This document shows positions 1 through 13,471 of a DNA stretch of 64,000 nt, piece by piece. The number at the start of each line of letters is the position of its first letter. Position 1 is the first letter of the stretch. The notes below the pieces were generated by a model that saw nothing but the letters and a program-made list of their open reading frames with translations, was not told the DNA's origin and made no database searches. Origin of the DNA: Mobula hypostoma (Eukaryota); contig NC_086108.1 of assembly GCF_963921235.1 (NCBI RefSeq), positions 63,490,001 through 63,554,000 of the forward strand. The letters run 5' to 3'. A program made the position numbers and the translations under genes.

Positions 1-52
1 TTTGCGGGAACAGCAGCATTTCCAGTTTTTGATGATATTGTCAAGGGACACG
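1..52 (+). CDS. CYP2-family P450, exon 2 (3' part only)
   Basis: Reads FAGTAAFPVFDDIVKGHG, then GTAAGT donor at 53; phase 1, joins exon 3 to give ...KGHGIQFSNG, as at the CYP2 exon 2/3 junction. Confidence 0.85.
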
Positions 53-1490
53 GTAAGTAATATGTTTAATTGTTTTATTTCTTTGCTCAGAACTGGATAA
101 TTGTAGGACCTTCTAATTTATGAAATATGTTATCTGTTATAGAATGATGTAAGCAGGATTTTCACCAAAACGTAAAATGAAAATCTTTATACTTGAGGAG
201 TATTCTAGTTCTTCAGTGTGCATATTTTTAACACAGCAATGAAACCATTAGAGACAGGAAAGTATGTGTTCACATCTCCAAGAGCAGTACTGAGTTGCAA
301 ATAATGTTTGGCTGCTTTGACTTGTTTTAGGCATCAGAGTTGTTCCTTTCAGTTTTTGACATTGTACTACGAGATTCAATTTCTATTTTATCGAAATTCA
401 CTAAGTACTGTGGTCAAATATCAAGACTGTCTCAAAGAAGAAACGAAGGGATGAAATAGAAAATCAGTTGATTCTTAAGACTCTTTCACAAAGATGTCAA
501 CAAAAAAATACTTGCAATTTTAAAGGAACATATGTTGCATATAAGTTAATTGGTCTCCTTGGCGATACAGGGGAGTGAAAAGAATGCTTGTGTGTGAATC
601 TAAAAGCACACAACAAAGGTTTCAATTGCAAACATTATTTTCTGGTATAAACAAGAAAGTGGAATAATTCAAAAATGCTAAAAACAACAGATGCTTGAAA
701 TCTGACATAAGAATGGACAATGTTGGCACTATACCGCATGCTAGACAACATCTGTGCAGAGAGAAAGGACTGTGATGAATCATGTTGAAGACCTGTTATC
801 AGAACTCAGAAATGATGCAAGTTGAACAAGTTTGAGTCGCACATAAACAGGAGTGATGGAGACATGGAAAAGATTGCCGAGAAAAGGGTGAAAATTGGGG
901 AAATAAACAATGAACAATCTCTCTTGCTCTTATCCCTTTGTTCACTCTGCTCATTCTTCTCCTCTGCAACCCAAAACATGTTCAACTTATGGTATTTTCT
1001 AATTCTGTTGTTTAGGTCTACAAAGTAAAATGTTAATGCCATTTTTTCCCAGAAATATTGCATAATTCCCATGTTTTCTGGTTTTTACTTACAGTGAGTA
1101 GAATTATTCCACATGAAGTTGAAATGAGTGTGGTATATATACTTTCTCTATGCTGGGATATGCAGATAATTCCTTATGCTTTTCAGAACTCACTGAGCAA
1201 ATGAAGATTTTTGAAGCAAGTTTCTACAGAGCCCATAAAATCCACTGTTTTTTCATAATATTTTAATATGTTATGAAGTTGAACAGCAAATTGAAGATAA
1301 GAAATTTCGTCCATCACAGGATTGTAAATCTCTGCAGTTTTCTCCCCAAGAAGCAGTAGACGCAAAGTTACGAAGTATATTCCAGAAAAAGATTAATAGA
1401 TATTTGCAGGCAAAGGGAATCAAAAATATAAGACTTCAATGAAGGAAGGAGACACTGGTTCTCGAACAAGGGCCCATTGTTTAGAAATAA

Positions 1491-2009
1491 GATCTTGAAA
1501 ATCGATCGAGAAGACAAAACTTACGTCTTATTGGTCTACCCGAGGATGTTGAGGATGGAGACCCTTTGATATTCTTTGCTCAACGTTTAAAGGATACGTT
1601 CAGTTCAGTTTTTCCCAACGAGCCTCCATTACTTGACCGTGCGCACCGTATACCGCGGCCAAAGTCAGCATCGGCTGTATCCAAACCGAGACCAATTATT
1701 CTTCGTTTCCATTATGTTAATGTTAAAGAACAGCTTCTCCAGATTGCTCCTCGGCAAGGGATGATCAATTATCGCCAACATTCCTTCAGGATAGTTCAAG
1801 ATTACAGTCCCGAAGTGATGAAAGAGCGACTGACTTTTAAACCTCTGATGTCGGAATGTTATCAAAAAAATCTCAAACCGGCATTATTGTACCCTGCATG
1901 TCCAAGAATTTCTCTTCCTGATGGATCTCGTCGCATTTTCCATTCCATAACCGCCGCTCGAGGGTTTTTGGAAGATAACTACCCATCTGATACGGACACC
2001 GCCCTTTAA
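1491..2009 (+). pseudogene. L1 ORF1 remnant (RRM/CTD part)
   Basis: DLENRSRRQNLRLIGLPE, DRAHRIP, PRPIILRF, LLYPA motifs; N-terminus missing. Confidence 0.85.
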
Positions 2010-5000
2010 CTAATGTTCTGTGCTCTCAGTATCAGCTTCTTTTTCTGGTGTTTTTTTTAAAAAAAATAAACCTTCTTCTACCGTACGATGAAGGTTTTTA
2101 ATAAGCTCAAGATTTTTGTTTTGTGCTTACTACCATAGTTATTACTTTACAACTTATATAAAATAGTTATTTCTTGTGAATAACGTTACTTTCTTTTAGT
2201 TAATTTTTCCTTAACTTTTTGTTTTCCAATATTATTACTAACGATTTGATCTGACGATCATTTTCCGTTATATGTTCTTTATTTTTGTTTCTGTCAACTA
2301 AAATGGCGATTTGTTTTTTTTGCATAATCTCCTTTGTTCTTTTTGGGACGCCATGTTCTTATGTTTCTTCTTCCCATAATCCCCTTTTTTTGGAAGCAAT
2401 ATTTTATTTACTCTCATTTATAATTAACTAATCGTACATATTGATGCTAACTTTTCCTTATTTATGTATCTTAGTAATTATACTATGTAGATTATTTTAG
2501 TACAGTGTTTAATTTTTTTTATATATATCAGTTTCCAGGACGTCATCTATATAACATATATCTTTGGAGTTGCCTCCTGCAGAAATGGGGTTAGATTTAG
2601 TATTAGTTAGTTCTTTCTTCAGTCTTTTCTGGCTTAGTTCGGGGTTCTTGGGAATGGAGGGTGGGGTAGTCTTTTTCTTTTCTAATTTTTTCTATTGGCC
2701 TGATTTAGTACTACAAAGATGTCTGCCATGTCGGGATTTCCGGTTCCTCTCTGATCATGTATTCCTCTTCCAATTTCATGAGCTCACATTATGGTTAACC
2801 CTTTACTCACCAAAGGGTTAATCCTAAATTATGGCTGACATTATTAATTTTGTCTCTTGGAATACAAATGGTTTAAACCATCCAATAAAACGGAAAAAGA
2901 TTTTCAAAGTATTCCAAAGACTAAATGCTCATATTATTTTTGCACAAGAAACTCATGTAAGGAAAGAGGATAATCAACATTTCTTTAAGTTATGGAAAGA
3001 AACATACCACTCAAACTCCCAAGCCAAAGTTAAAGGTGTTTCAATTTTTATAGATCCCTCAATTACATTTATTCATCAAGACATTATCTCAGATCCTAAT
3101 GGTAGATTCTTGTTAATCACTGGGTTACTTTTTAATAAAAAGGTTGCTATGTTTAATGTTTATGCTCCGAATGTGGATTATCCTGAATGTTTTAAACACA
3201 TATTCACTTCCTTTCCTAACTTAAATGAGTATATGTTGATAATGGGCGGTGACTTTCATTTATGTTTGAATCCCATGTTGGACAGATCCATAGGTAGTCC
3301 GGCTTTACCGAATAAGTCGGATACTCTTATTAACTCTTTTATGTTTGATTCTGGGATTTCAGAAATTTGGAGATTTCTGCACCCAAAGGATAAAGAATTC
3401 TCACTCTTTTCACATGTTGATCGTTCTGATTCTCGAATTGACTATTTTTTTATTGACTCTCGATTAATCCCATCTGTAATTGATTGTAATTATGACATTA
3501 TCGCCATTTCAGATCATGCTCCAATGAAACTTTCTATCAAGTTAATGGATACTTCTTGTACTAATAGACAATGGCGATTTAACCCTATTTTGCTTCAAAA
3601 CTTGGACTTTGTCAAGTTTATAAAGGGACAGATTGATTTCTTTTTTTCAATTAATACTACGGAAGAAGTTTCCAATGGAATAGTTCGAGACGCTTTTAAA
3701 GCTTATATCCGTGGTCAGATTATTTCCTATTCAGCAAGCTTGAAAAAATGTGCTTAGAATGAAATACTCTCGTTGGTTGATGAAATTAAAGAAATTGATT
3801 AAAAAATACGCTATTTCTCCCAGTAAGGAGCTGTACAAACACAGAGTTGAACTTCAATTGGAACATAGTCTACTATTAACGTCCTCGATTGAAAATCAAT
3901 TAATGAGAACTGAAAGTGATTTTTATATTCATAGTGATAAATCGGGTAAATTATTGGATAATCAATTGAAATTTGCTTCGGTTAAACATCAACTTACTAA
4001 GATTCGCAAATAGGATGATACTTTGACAGATGATCGTGACGGGATAAACAAAACCTTTCAAGAATTTTATACCTCTTTATATCATTCTGATTTTCCTCAT
4101 GATTTTAATACCATGCATGATTTTTTAAGTAAACTGAATTTTCCGAAATTATCACCCGAAGATTGCTTATCATTAGAAACTCCTATTGCAGAGGAAGAAA
4201 TAATAACTGCAATCTCATCATTGAATTCTGGTAAAGCTCCCGGTCCGGACGGGTTTACAGTGGAATTCTTAAAATCCTTTTCCTCTATTCTCTCTCCGTG
4301 GTTGTCTAGAATATTCATAGAAGCAATCAGTTTAGGTAAATTACCACAATCATTTTATGAAGCCTCTATTTCCTTAATTATTAAAAAGAATAAAGATCCT
4401 GCTGATTGTGCATCATACAGACCGATATCTCTTTTGAATGTAGATTCAAAAATTTTTTCGAAAATTTTAGCAACTAGGTTTGAGAAGGTATTACCTCAAA
4501 TTATATCTATGGACCAAACTGGATTTATTAAAAATCGTTATTCATCCTTTAATATTAGGAGGTTAATGAATATTGTTTACAATCCTTCACTTATTACCCC
4601 GGAATGTATTATCTCATTAGATGCTGAGAAAGCCTTTGACAGAGTTGAATGGCCTTATTTATTTAGTGAGCTTGAGAAATTTAATTTTAGTTTGATATTT
4701 ATATCTTGGATTAAATTGTTATATTATTCCCCGGTAGCTTCGGTTTGTACTAATAATCAAAGATCTCCCTTTTTTCGTCTATTTCGTGGTACTAGGCAAG
4801 GATCTTAGTCCTTTACTATTTAATATCGCCCTTGAACCTTTAGCAATTGCTATCCGTGACTCGCCCAATATTTTTGGTATTATCCATGGAAACAAAATAC
4901 ATAAATTATCATTATATGCAGATGATTTGTTATTATATATCTCTAATCCGGAGAAGTCAATTCCTGCTATTCCAGCTTTGTTGGCCCAATTTAGTAATTT

Positions 5001-7007
5001 TTCTGGCTACAAATTAAATCTTAATAAGAGTGAATTATTTACCCTAAAAAAGCAGGTACCTATTTATGGATGTTTACCATTTAAATTGGTTACTGACTCA
5101 TTTATATATTTAGGGATTATAATTACAAAAAAGTATAAAGATTTATTTAAAGCTAATTTTTTACCTTTAATTGATCAGATTAAACTTTTGTTTACTATAT
5201 GGTCACCAATACCTTTGTCTTTGATTGGTCGGATTAATGCTATTAAGATGATTATTTTGCAAAAATTTCTATATGTATTTCAATCAGTTCCAATTTTTAT
5301 CCCAAAATCTTTTTTCGATAATGTTGATTCAAAAATTTCCTCATATATATGGCAGGACAAAAATCCTAGGCTAGGTAAAAGATATTTACAGAAATCTAAA
5401 AAAGAGGAGGGGCTCGCCCTCCCGAATTTTAGATTTTATTATTGGGCAATTAATATTCGATACTTAAAATTTTGGTTACGAGATTTGGATGTATCTTTAA
5501 ATCCACACTGGGTAAATCTTGAATGTAATTTATTACAAGGGTCTTCTTTGGGTTTGGTTTTAGGAAGCTTCCTTTTATTTCTTCTCAATTGTATAAACAA
5601 ATGAATAATCCAATAGTTAAGCATGCTTTACGTATATGGTTTCAATTCCGAAGATTTTTTGGGTTTAATCAATTTATTTTAGCAAATCCTATTATATCTA
5701 ATTTCCTTTTTCAACCTTCCACTACGGATCAAGCTTACTTTGATTGGAAAACAAAGGTATAGTACGTTTTCATGATTTATTTTTCGATAATTGTCTCATG
5801 TCTTTTGATCAACTTTCTAATTAAAATAATTTACCCAGATCTCACTTTTTTAGATACCTACAGATTAGAAACTTTTTAATTACTGCTTCTCCTAATTTTC
5901 CACACTCATATCCAATGGATACGTTGGAAAATATTTTAGATCTAAATCTCTCTCAGAAAAGTGTTGTAGCAATTATTTATAACATGATTATGAATTTATG
6001 TCCTGATGTTTCCAATAAAATTAAAACTGATTGGGAAAGAGAATTTAAGATTATTATGCCGATCGAAAAATGGGAAAAAATTCTTCAATTGGTTAATTCA
6101 TCCTCTAAATGTGCTAAACATGTGTTGATACAGTTTAAAGTAGTGCACAGGGCTCATATGTCCAAAGATAAACTATCTCGTTATTATTCTTATATTAATC
6201 CTATATGTGATAGATGTCATTCCGAGATAGCCTCTTTAACTCACATGTTTTGGTCATGTCCTTTGTTGGAAAAATATTGGAAAGATATTTTTGATATTAT
6301 TTCAATGGTTTTGAATACAGACTTACAACCTCACCCAGTTACTGCTATTTTTGGATTACCAATGATAGACTCAAATCATTTAACCTCTTCAGCTCGTTGG
6401 ATGATTGCATTTCATACTTTAATGGCTAGAAGATCCTTTTTGCTGAATGGGAAAGAGATTAACCCTCCTACTGTATTCCACTGGTTTTCACAAGCTATGT
6501 TGTGTTTAAATTTGGAAAAAAATTATAAGTGTGGTTTATGACCCTTCCATTAAATTTGAAAAAACTTGGTGGCCATTTATTCAGCATTTTCATATGATGT
6601 AATTTGACCATTTCCAAACTTATTTTACTTCTCTGTAGTGTTGGCTGAGAGGAATGGAGTCGTTGACACTAAGGTTTTCTTTTCTTCCATTTTTACGTTG
6701 TTAAAATTGCCCAAGTCTTTTTCGTTTAGTTGACTAATTCTGTTTAGATTAGTTTTTTTTGGGGGTGGAGTTTGTTTTTTTTTAAATTCTTTTTTTCTTT
6801 TTCATGATTTTTCTCCAGTTTTTTTTTGTTCTGTATTATTCATTGTTACCCTACATGATAGGGAGTTTTGTCAATTTATACTATTTGGTTTTTATAATTA
6901 CTCATCTTAAGTATAACAATGTATTTCCAACAATTTTGTATTATTGCTATGTTATGTTTATATTTTATGAAACTAATAAAAAGATTGAAAAAGAAAGAAA
7001 GAAAGAA
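1494..7007 (+). mobile_element. L1-clade LINE, 5'-truncated, in CYP intron 2
   Basis: ORF1 C-terminal half, spacer, ORF2, 3' UTR, AATAAA at 6975, (GAAA)n tail; TSD AGAAATAAGAT at 1483-1493 and 7008-7018. Confidence 0.93.
2831..6602 (+). pseudogene. L1 ORF2 (APE endonuclease, RT, CCHC), disrupted
   Basis: SWNTNGL, QETH, GGDF, SRIDY, SDH; GKAPGPDG, YRPISLLN, SLDAEKAFD, YADD; CDRC..HMFWSC. Frameshifts near 3755, 4802 and 5570 and a stop at 4011. Confidence 0.93.
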
Positions 7008-7420
7008 AGAAATAAGATGTTCACCCATTTAAGATGGGCAAAATTTTCTCTATTAGAGTCATGAGTGCTTAGACATCTTTTTCTCAAAGCAGAGTGAAAG
7101 CAGGATCATTGAATGAACAGACACCTGATGAGTAACGGAATAGAATATTGAAGTTTTAATCAGCACAGCATTGATCTTAATATATATCAAGAGTGGACGA
7201 GGGGCAGGGTGGCCTTCTGGTTTTAATTTCACACTTACAGTATATGATCAAAGAACCTGTACTCCTACATAATCTAGACATATCAGTCAATGTACTTCTA
7301 AAACTAGTCATTGTTCTCAATAATAGATGCATTGTCAAATCTTTACAATGTCAACTGAATCAACCTCACTCGTCTCCAAAACAAACAGGTTTATCCCATC
7401 AGTTCATACTTCTTTATAAA

Positions 7421-9030
7421 ATATAGGAGCAGAATTAGGTTCATCAAGTCTGCTCCACCATTCAATCATAGATGATTTATTATTCCTCCTCAATCTCATT
7501 CTTTTACCTTCTCCCCATAACCTGTGATATCCTTGCTAACTACGTACCTATCAACCTCCTCTTCAATGACGTGGACTTCACAGCCATCTGTGGCAATGAA
7601 TTCTATAGATGCACCACTCTCTTGCTAAAGAAATTACTTCTCATCACTGCTCAAAAGAGATGTCCTTCTGTACTGCCCTCTCTTCATAAACTCTTCCACA
7701 ATTGGAAAAATCCCTGCCACGTCCACCTTATCTAGGCTTTCGAATACTCAGTGAGATTCTCCCTTCATTCTTCTAAACTTCAGTGAGTACAGGCCCAGAA
7801 CCATTAAATGCTCCTCATACAATAGCCCTTTCATTCCTGGGATTATTCCCATCAACCTCCTCTGAGCTCTCTCCAATGCCAACATATCCTTTCAAAATAT
7901 GCGGTCTAAAACTGCTCAAAGTACTCCAAGTGTGGTCTGATCAAAGCCTCGTAAGGCCTCAGTGTTACACTTCTTCCTTATATTCTAGTCCTCTAGAAAT
8001 GAATACTAACATTTTATTTGCCTTCCTTACTGCTGATTCTATCTGCATTTTAACCTTCAGGGATTTCACAGATTCACCACTCTCTGGTTAAAAACAGTTC
8101 CTCCTCATCTCCATTCTAAAAAGACACCACTCTGTTCTGAGGCTGTGTCCTTTGGTCTTAGACTCTCCCACCACAGGAAACATCCTCTCCGCATCCACTC
8201 TATCAAGACCATTCACTATTTGATAGGTTTCAATGAGGCCACCCCTCATTCTTCTGAATTCTGATGAATACAGCCCCAGAGCCATCAAATGCTCTTCATA
8301 TGACAAGCCATTCAATCCTGGAATCATTTTTGTGAACCTCTTTTGAACCCTCTCCAGTTTAAAGATAAAGGGCCCAAAACTGATCACAATACTCCAAGGG
8401 AGTCCCCACCAGTGCTTTTTAAGCCTCAACATTATATCCTTGCTTTTATATTCTATATTTCCTCTTGAAATGAATTCTAACATCATATTCGCCTTCCTCA
8501 CCACAAACTCAACCTGCAACTTAACCTTTGGGAATCCTACACAAGGACTCCAAAGTCCTTTTGCACCTCAGGTTTTTATATTTTCTCTCCATTTAAAAAA
8601 TAGTCTACCCATTTACTTCTTCCACCAAAGTACACAACTCAAACTTCACAACATTGTATTTCATCTGCCACTTCTTCGCCCATTCTTCTAATCTGTCCAA
8701 GTTCTTCTGTAGCCTCTCTGTTTCCTGAAAACTACTTGCCCCCCCCACCTATGTTTGTATTGTCTGAAAACTTTGCAACAAAGCTATCAATCCCATCATC
8801 CAAATCATTGGCATTTCATCCAAACCATATGCATGCAAAGTAATGGACCCAACACCTACACCTGTGGAACACTGTAAGTCATTGGAAATCAACCTGAAAA
8901 GGCTTCCTTTTTTCCCGGTCTTTGTCTTCTGCCAGTCAGCTGATCTTATGTCCGTAGTTCTACCTTTCCTGTCATACCATGTGGTCGCGGCTTAATTAGC
9001 AACTTCATATTGGGCCCTTTTTCATTGGTT
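7421..9030 (-). mobile_element. Two CR1 (HER1-like) LINE 3' fragments
   Basis: Minus-strand KLERVQKRFTKMIPGL...RRMRGGLIETY; two overlapping-homology pieces (about 7421-8030 and 8068-9030); boundaries approximate. Confidence 0.8.
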
Positions 9031-9495
9031 TGATAACTGTTTTAGTGAACACCTATGTTTGCCTGAGGAATCCTCTATGAATGGTATCTACCCTCTATGA
9101 TGGTAGAGCATGGCATGTGCCAGCAGGTAAGGTTTAAAATGTGTTAGGATATTTTTTGGCATGATTTTTTGTGTCCTAAAGACAATGTCGTATACAGACG
9201 TTTGGTTCCAATGGTGGCAGACACTGTTTGTGCTGATCCCAGATATGAGCGTAACAATGAATGAGTTTTGAAGCCAACAATTAGTTGTCACCAGGAAAAT
9301 CAGAACAGAGCCAAGAAAACACAGCACTCAGCTGGGTTATTTATAATCAAATATAAGATATCTTTACCCACTAGGTTGTAGGGAAAGTTTACTATCCATA
9401 TCAATTTCTTTACAAAGAATTCTCTTATTTTTCCATCCAGGCTACATAGACCACTCATAAATCATTACAAATGCCACCTGTATTTCACTGCACAG

Positions 9496-9645
9496 GTATA
9501 CAGTTCTCGAATGGAAACGTATGGAAAGAGCAACGGAAGTTTGCACAAATGACATTAAGAAGATTTGGTGTTGGGCAAAAGTCTTTGGAAGCGCAAATTC
9601 TTGAGAAAATTAAAGATCTTCAAGATGCATTCAAACGAGAGAAGG
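9496..9645 (+). CDS. CYP2-family P450, exon 3
   Basis: cacag acceptor, 150 bp, GIQFSNGNVWKEQRKFAQMTLRRFGVGQKSLE (helix C WxxxR), gtaag donor. Confidence 0.95.
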
Positions 9646-11793
9646 GTAAGTTTATTCTACTTTTTGTTTTGGATATAATGCCATTGGACTGGATTTTGTG
9701 TAATGATGCAAAATAATTTTTTGATATCAGTGGTAAAAACAGACAGCAATTTCTATAAGATATGTGTTGCCATTTGAATATTGCATTCCTGTAGACTTGT
9801 AAGCTCTTCAAATAAACATCCATTTACTATGCAAAACTGATGAGCGTTTCCACCCTAACAAAAGTGTCAGGTAGTACATTACAGATTCCTATTACTCTCT
9901 GGTTAAATAAATTTTCCTCGTATCCCCTCTATTCATTTTACCTTTGAATTTAAATCCATGCTCATTTCTGACTCTGGTACTACATGAAATATATCCTTGT
10001 TATTTAGTCTATCTGAGTTTGCAATTTCAGACAACTCAGTCAATTGTCCCAAACGGAAGAGCAGGAGCATAATAATTTTTGCTCATAGGTGCATATTCTA
10101 GCTTTATTAACTCCTTCATGGGTTACCAGATATCCTCTCGAATGGATACTTTTTGTAGTTAATACTGGTGTGATGGAAAACACCCAGCACAGATCATTAT
10201 GTTTTTAAGGGCAGCAAATATTGATATAACTTTTTGGTTGCAGACCAACTTCTTAATATTAAACACACAGCGTATATTTTCCTTGCCTGAATATAGTGAT
10301 GTCAATTATAAGTCACTTATAAGTCAATAGCATCATAACATTTTAAGTAACGTTTGGATATTAAACACACAGCGCATATTTTCCCTGTATGAACATATAA
10401 AATCATTGCAACACATCAATATCACTGAATCAGTGGGAGCCCTGGGCTTGCTTCCCTGCAACAAGACAGTCCTATCGAGGGGTGATGGGAGACAGCGATA
10501 CTCGAAGGGGGTTCCTTATGTCCAGTCTATTCCGCAATTTAGTTTTCGTTGCATTCATTGCAGAAAACACCGCTTCGCAGAGATATGATGTTGGAAATGG
10601 AAGCAACGTTTTCAGTGCTTTCGTGGCTATCTCAGGATATTCAGCCTTGACTTTGCTCCAGCATACCATCAGAGATGTTATGTCAAATATACTTTTCAGC
10701 CCACTGTCATCTGCAAGCTCGAGGAATTGATCTTCTTCCTGCGCTGACATGGATGATTCACCAGGGACATTCACAAATGGGTCACGGACCCATTCCTTTG
10801 CACGTCTTGGGTCATTTGTCGTTGGGAAGTAACGCTCGAATTCTGTCGACAGCGAGTATAGGTAATCGCGCACCAGCTGTGAGAAGGATGGTGCAGCCTC
10901 AGTCTCTCCCAAAATCCCAGCTAATGTTGGGAACAAGTCAAATATGCCCCTGTCCACTTGCCGTCCCCACAGTTCCAGTTGGTCTTTGAAAGCAGACACT
11001 TTATCTACCAACTTGAAGACAGTTGTCTTTCTCCCCTGAAGTGACAAATTGAGTTCATTGAGCAGGTTGAAGATGTCACACAGACAAGCAAGTGTTGCTA
11101 CCCACTCCTCATCACTGAAGTGTGCTGCCAGTGGTGACTTTTTTTCCTGAAAGAAATCTCTGCAGCTGCTCTCTTAACTCAAAAATCCTTGCCAGGACTC
11201 TTCTCCTTGATAGCCACCTGACCTCAGTGTGCCAGAGAAGGTGTTTGTGCTCTGCATCCATTTCCTCGCAAAACTGCTCAAACAGATGTGAGTTAAGGGC
11301 TTTTGCTTTGATGTGATTGATAACTTCAACAACATCACTCAATATGCTGTGAAGATCAGGTGACATTTTCCGGCTACCCAGCATTTCCCTGTGTATGACA
11401 CAGTGTGTGGACTAGCATTCAAGAGCAACCTCTTTGACTCAGGTAGTGAAACCAGACAGCCGTCCAGTCATAGCTTCAGCCCGTCTGTGCATATTCCAAC
11501 ACAGAATGACCAGCCCAGTTTGCCTGACATGTAGTCATTCAAAGATTTGAATTGCTCTGCGCCAGTTGTGTTAGTTGGCAGCCGCAGTGCACACAACATA
11601 TCCTTGTGCATATTGCCTTGAAATATATATCGCACATAAACCAGCAGTATTGCCTTGTTGTCGACATCGGTAGACTCGTCAAACTGGATAGCATACCATG
11701 GTGACAGTTCCAACAGTTGTGCTTTGATGTCCTCTGCTACGTCATTGATTCTCATTGAAACTTTGGTAGCTGAAATAGAAACTTGTGCCATCT

Positions 11794-13471
11794 AATTCTG
11801 CCTAGCGGAATTAGTCCTTACTCTTAATAATTTCACCTTTGGCTCCTCTCACTTCCTCCAATCTAAAGGTGTAGCCATGGGCACCTGTATGGGTCAGAGC
11901 TATGCCTGCCTTTTTGTTGGCTTTGTGGAACAATCTATGTTCCAAACCTATTCTGGTATCTTTCCCCCACTTTTCCTTCGCTACATCGACGACTGCATTG
12001 GCGCTGCTTCCTACACGCATGCTGAGCTCATTGACTTCATTAACTTTGCCTCCAACTTTCACCCTGCCCTCAAGTTTACCTGGTCCATTTCTGACACCTC
12101 CCTCCCCTTTCTAGATCTTTCTGTCTCTATCTCTGGAGACAGTTTATCTACTGATGTCTACTATAAGCCTACGGACTCTCACAGCTATCTGGACTATTCC
12201 TCTTCTCACCCTGTCTCTTGCAAAAGTGTCATCCCCTTCTCGCAATTCCTCCGTCTCTGCTGCATCTGCTCTCAGAATGAGGCTTTTCATTCCAGGACGA
12301 AGGAGATGTCCTCCTTTTTTAAAGAAAGGGGCTACCCTTCCTCCACCATCAACTCTGCTCTCAAACACATCTCCCCCATTTCACGCACATCTGCTCTCAC
12401 TCCACCCCACTAGGAATAGGGCTCCCCTTGTCCTCACTTACCACCCCACCAGCCTCCGGGTCCAACATCTAATTCTCCGTAACTTCCACCACCTCCAACA
12501 GGATCCCACCACTAAGCAGATTTTTTCATTCCCCCCGACCCACTTTCTGCAGGGATCGCTCCCTACGTGACTCCCTTGTCCATTCGCACCCCCCCCCATC
12601 CCTCCCCACCGATCTCCCTCCTGGCACTTATCCTTGCAAGAAGGACAAGTGCTACACATGCCCTTACACTTCCTCCCTTACCACCATTCAGGGCCCCAGA
12701 CCGTCCTTCCAGGTGAGGTGAGACTTCACCTCTGAGTTGGCTGGGGTGATATACTGTGCCCAGTGCTCCCGATGCGGCCTTCTATATATTGGTGAGACCC
12801 AACGCAGACTGGGAGATCATTTCGCTGAACACCTACGCTCTGTCTGCCAGAGAAAGCAGGATCTCCCAGTGGCCACATATTTTAATTCCACGTCCCATTC
12901 CCATTCTGGTATATTTATCTACGGAATCCTCTACTGTAAAGATGAAGCCACACTCAGGTTGGAGGAACAACAGCTTATATTCTGTCTGGGTAGCCTCCAA
13001 CCTGATGGCATGAACATTGACTTCTCAAAGTTCCGCTAATGCCCCACCTCCCCCTCGTACCCCATCCGTTATTTATTTATTTATATACACACATTCATTT
13101 CTCTCTCTCCTTTTTCTCCCTTTGGCCCTCTCACGAAACCCCTTGCCCATCCTCTGTGCTTCCCCCGCCCCCCGCCCTTTCTTTCTCCCTAGGCCTCCTG
13201 TCCCATGATCCTCTCATATCCCTTTTGCCAATCAACTGTCCAGCTCTCGGCTCCATCCCTCCCCCTCCTGTCTTCTCCTATCATTTTGGATCTCCCCCTC
13301 CCCCTCCCACTTTCAAATCTCTTACTAGCTCTTCCTTCAGTTAGTCCTGACGAAGGGACTAGGCCTGAAACGTCGACTGTACCTCTTCCTAGAGATGCTG
13401 CCTGGTCCACTGCGTCACCAGTAACTTTTATGTGTGTTGCTTGAAATTCCAGCATCTGCAGGTCTCCTCGT
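11794..13471 (+). mobile_element. Penelope-like element, 5'-truncated (RT, GIY-YIG, pLTR with hammerhead)
   Basis: GVAMGT...YACLFVG...RYIDD RT; VIYCAQCSRCGLLYIGET endonuclease; TSD ACTTGTGCCATCT (11781-11793) / ACCTGTGCCATCT (13472-13484). Confidence 0.92.
13343..13378 (+). ncRNA. Minimal type I hammerhead ribozyme motif
   Basis: AGTC-CTGACGA-AGG..CCT-GAAAC-GTC-GACT: stem I AGTC/GACT, intact core, stem II AGG/CCT, GUC cleavage triplet. Confidence 0.8.

Noticed and set aside
11877..13039. RT plus nuclease plus ncRNA as a retron or other prokaryotic system
   Set aside because: Motifs, GIY-YIG domain, TSD and context identify a eukaryotic Penelope-like element
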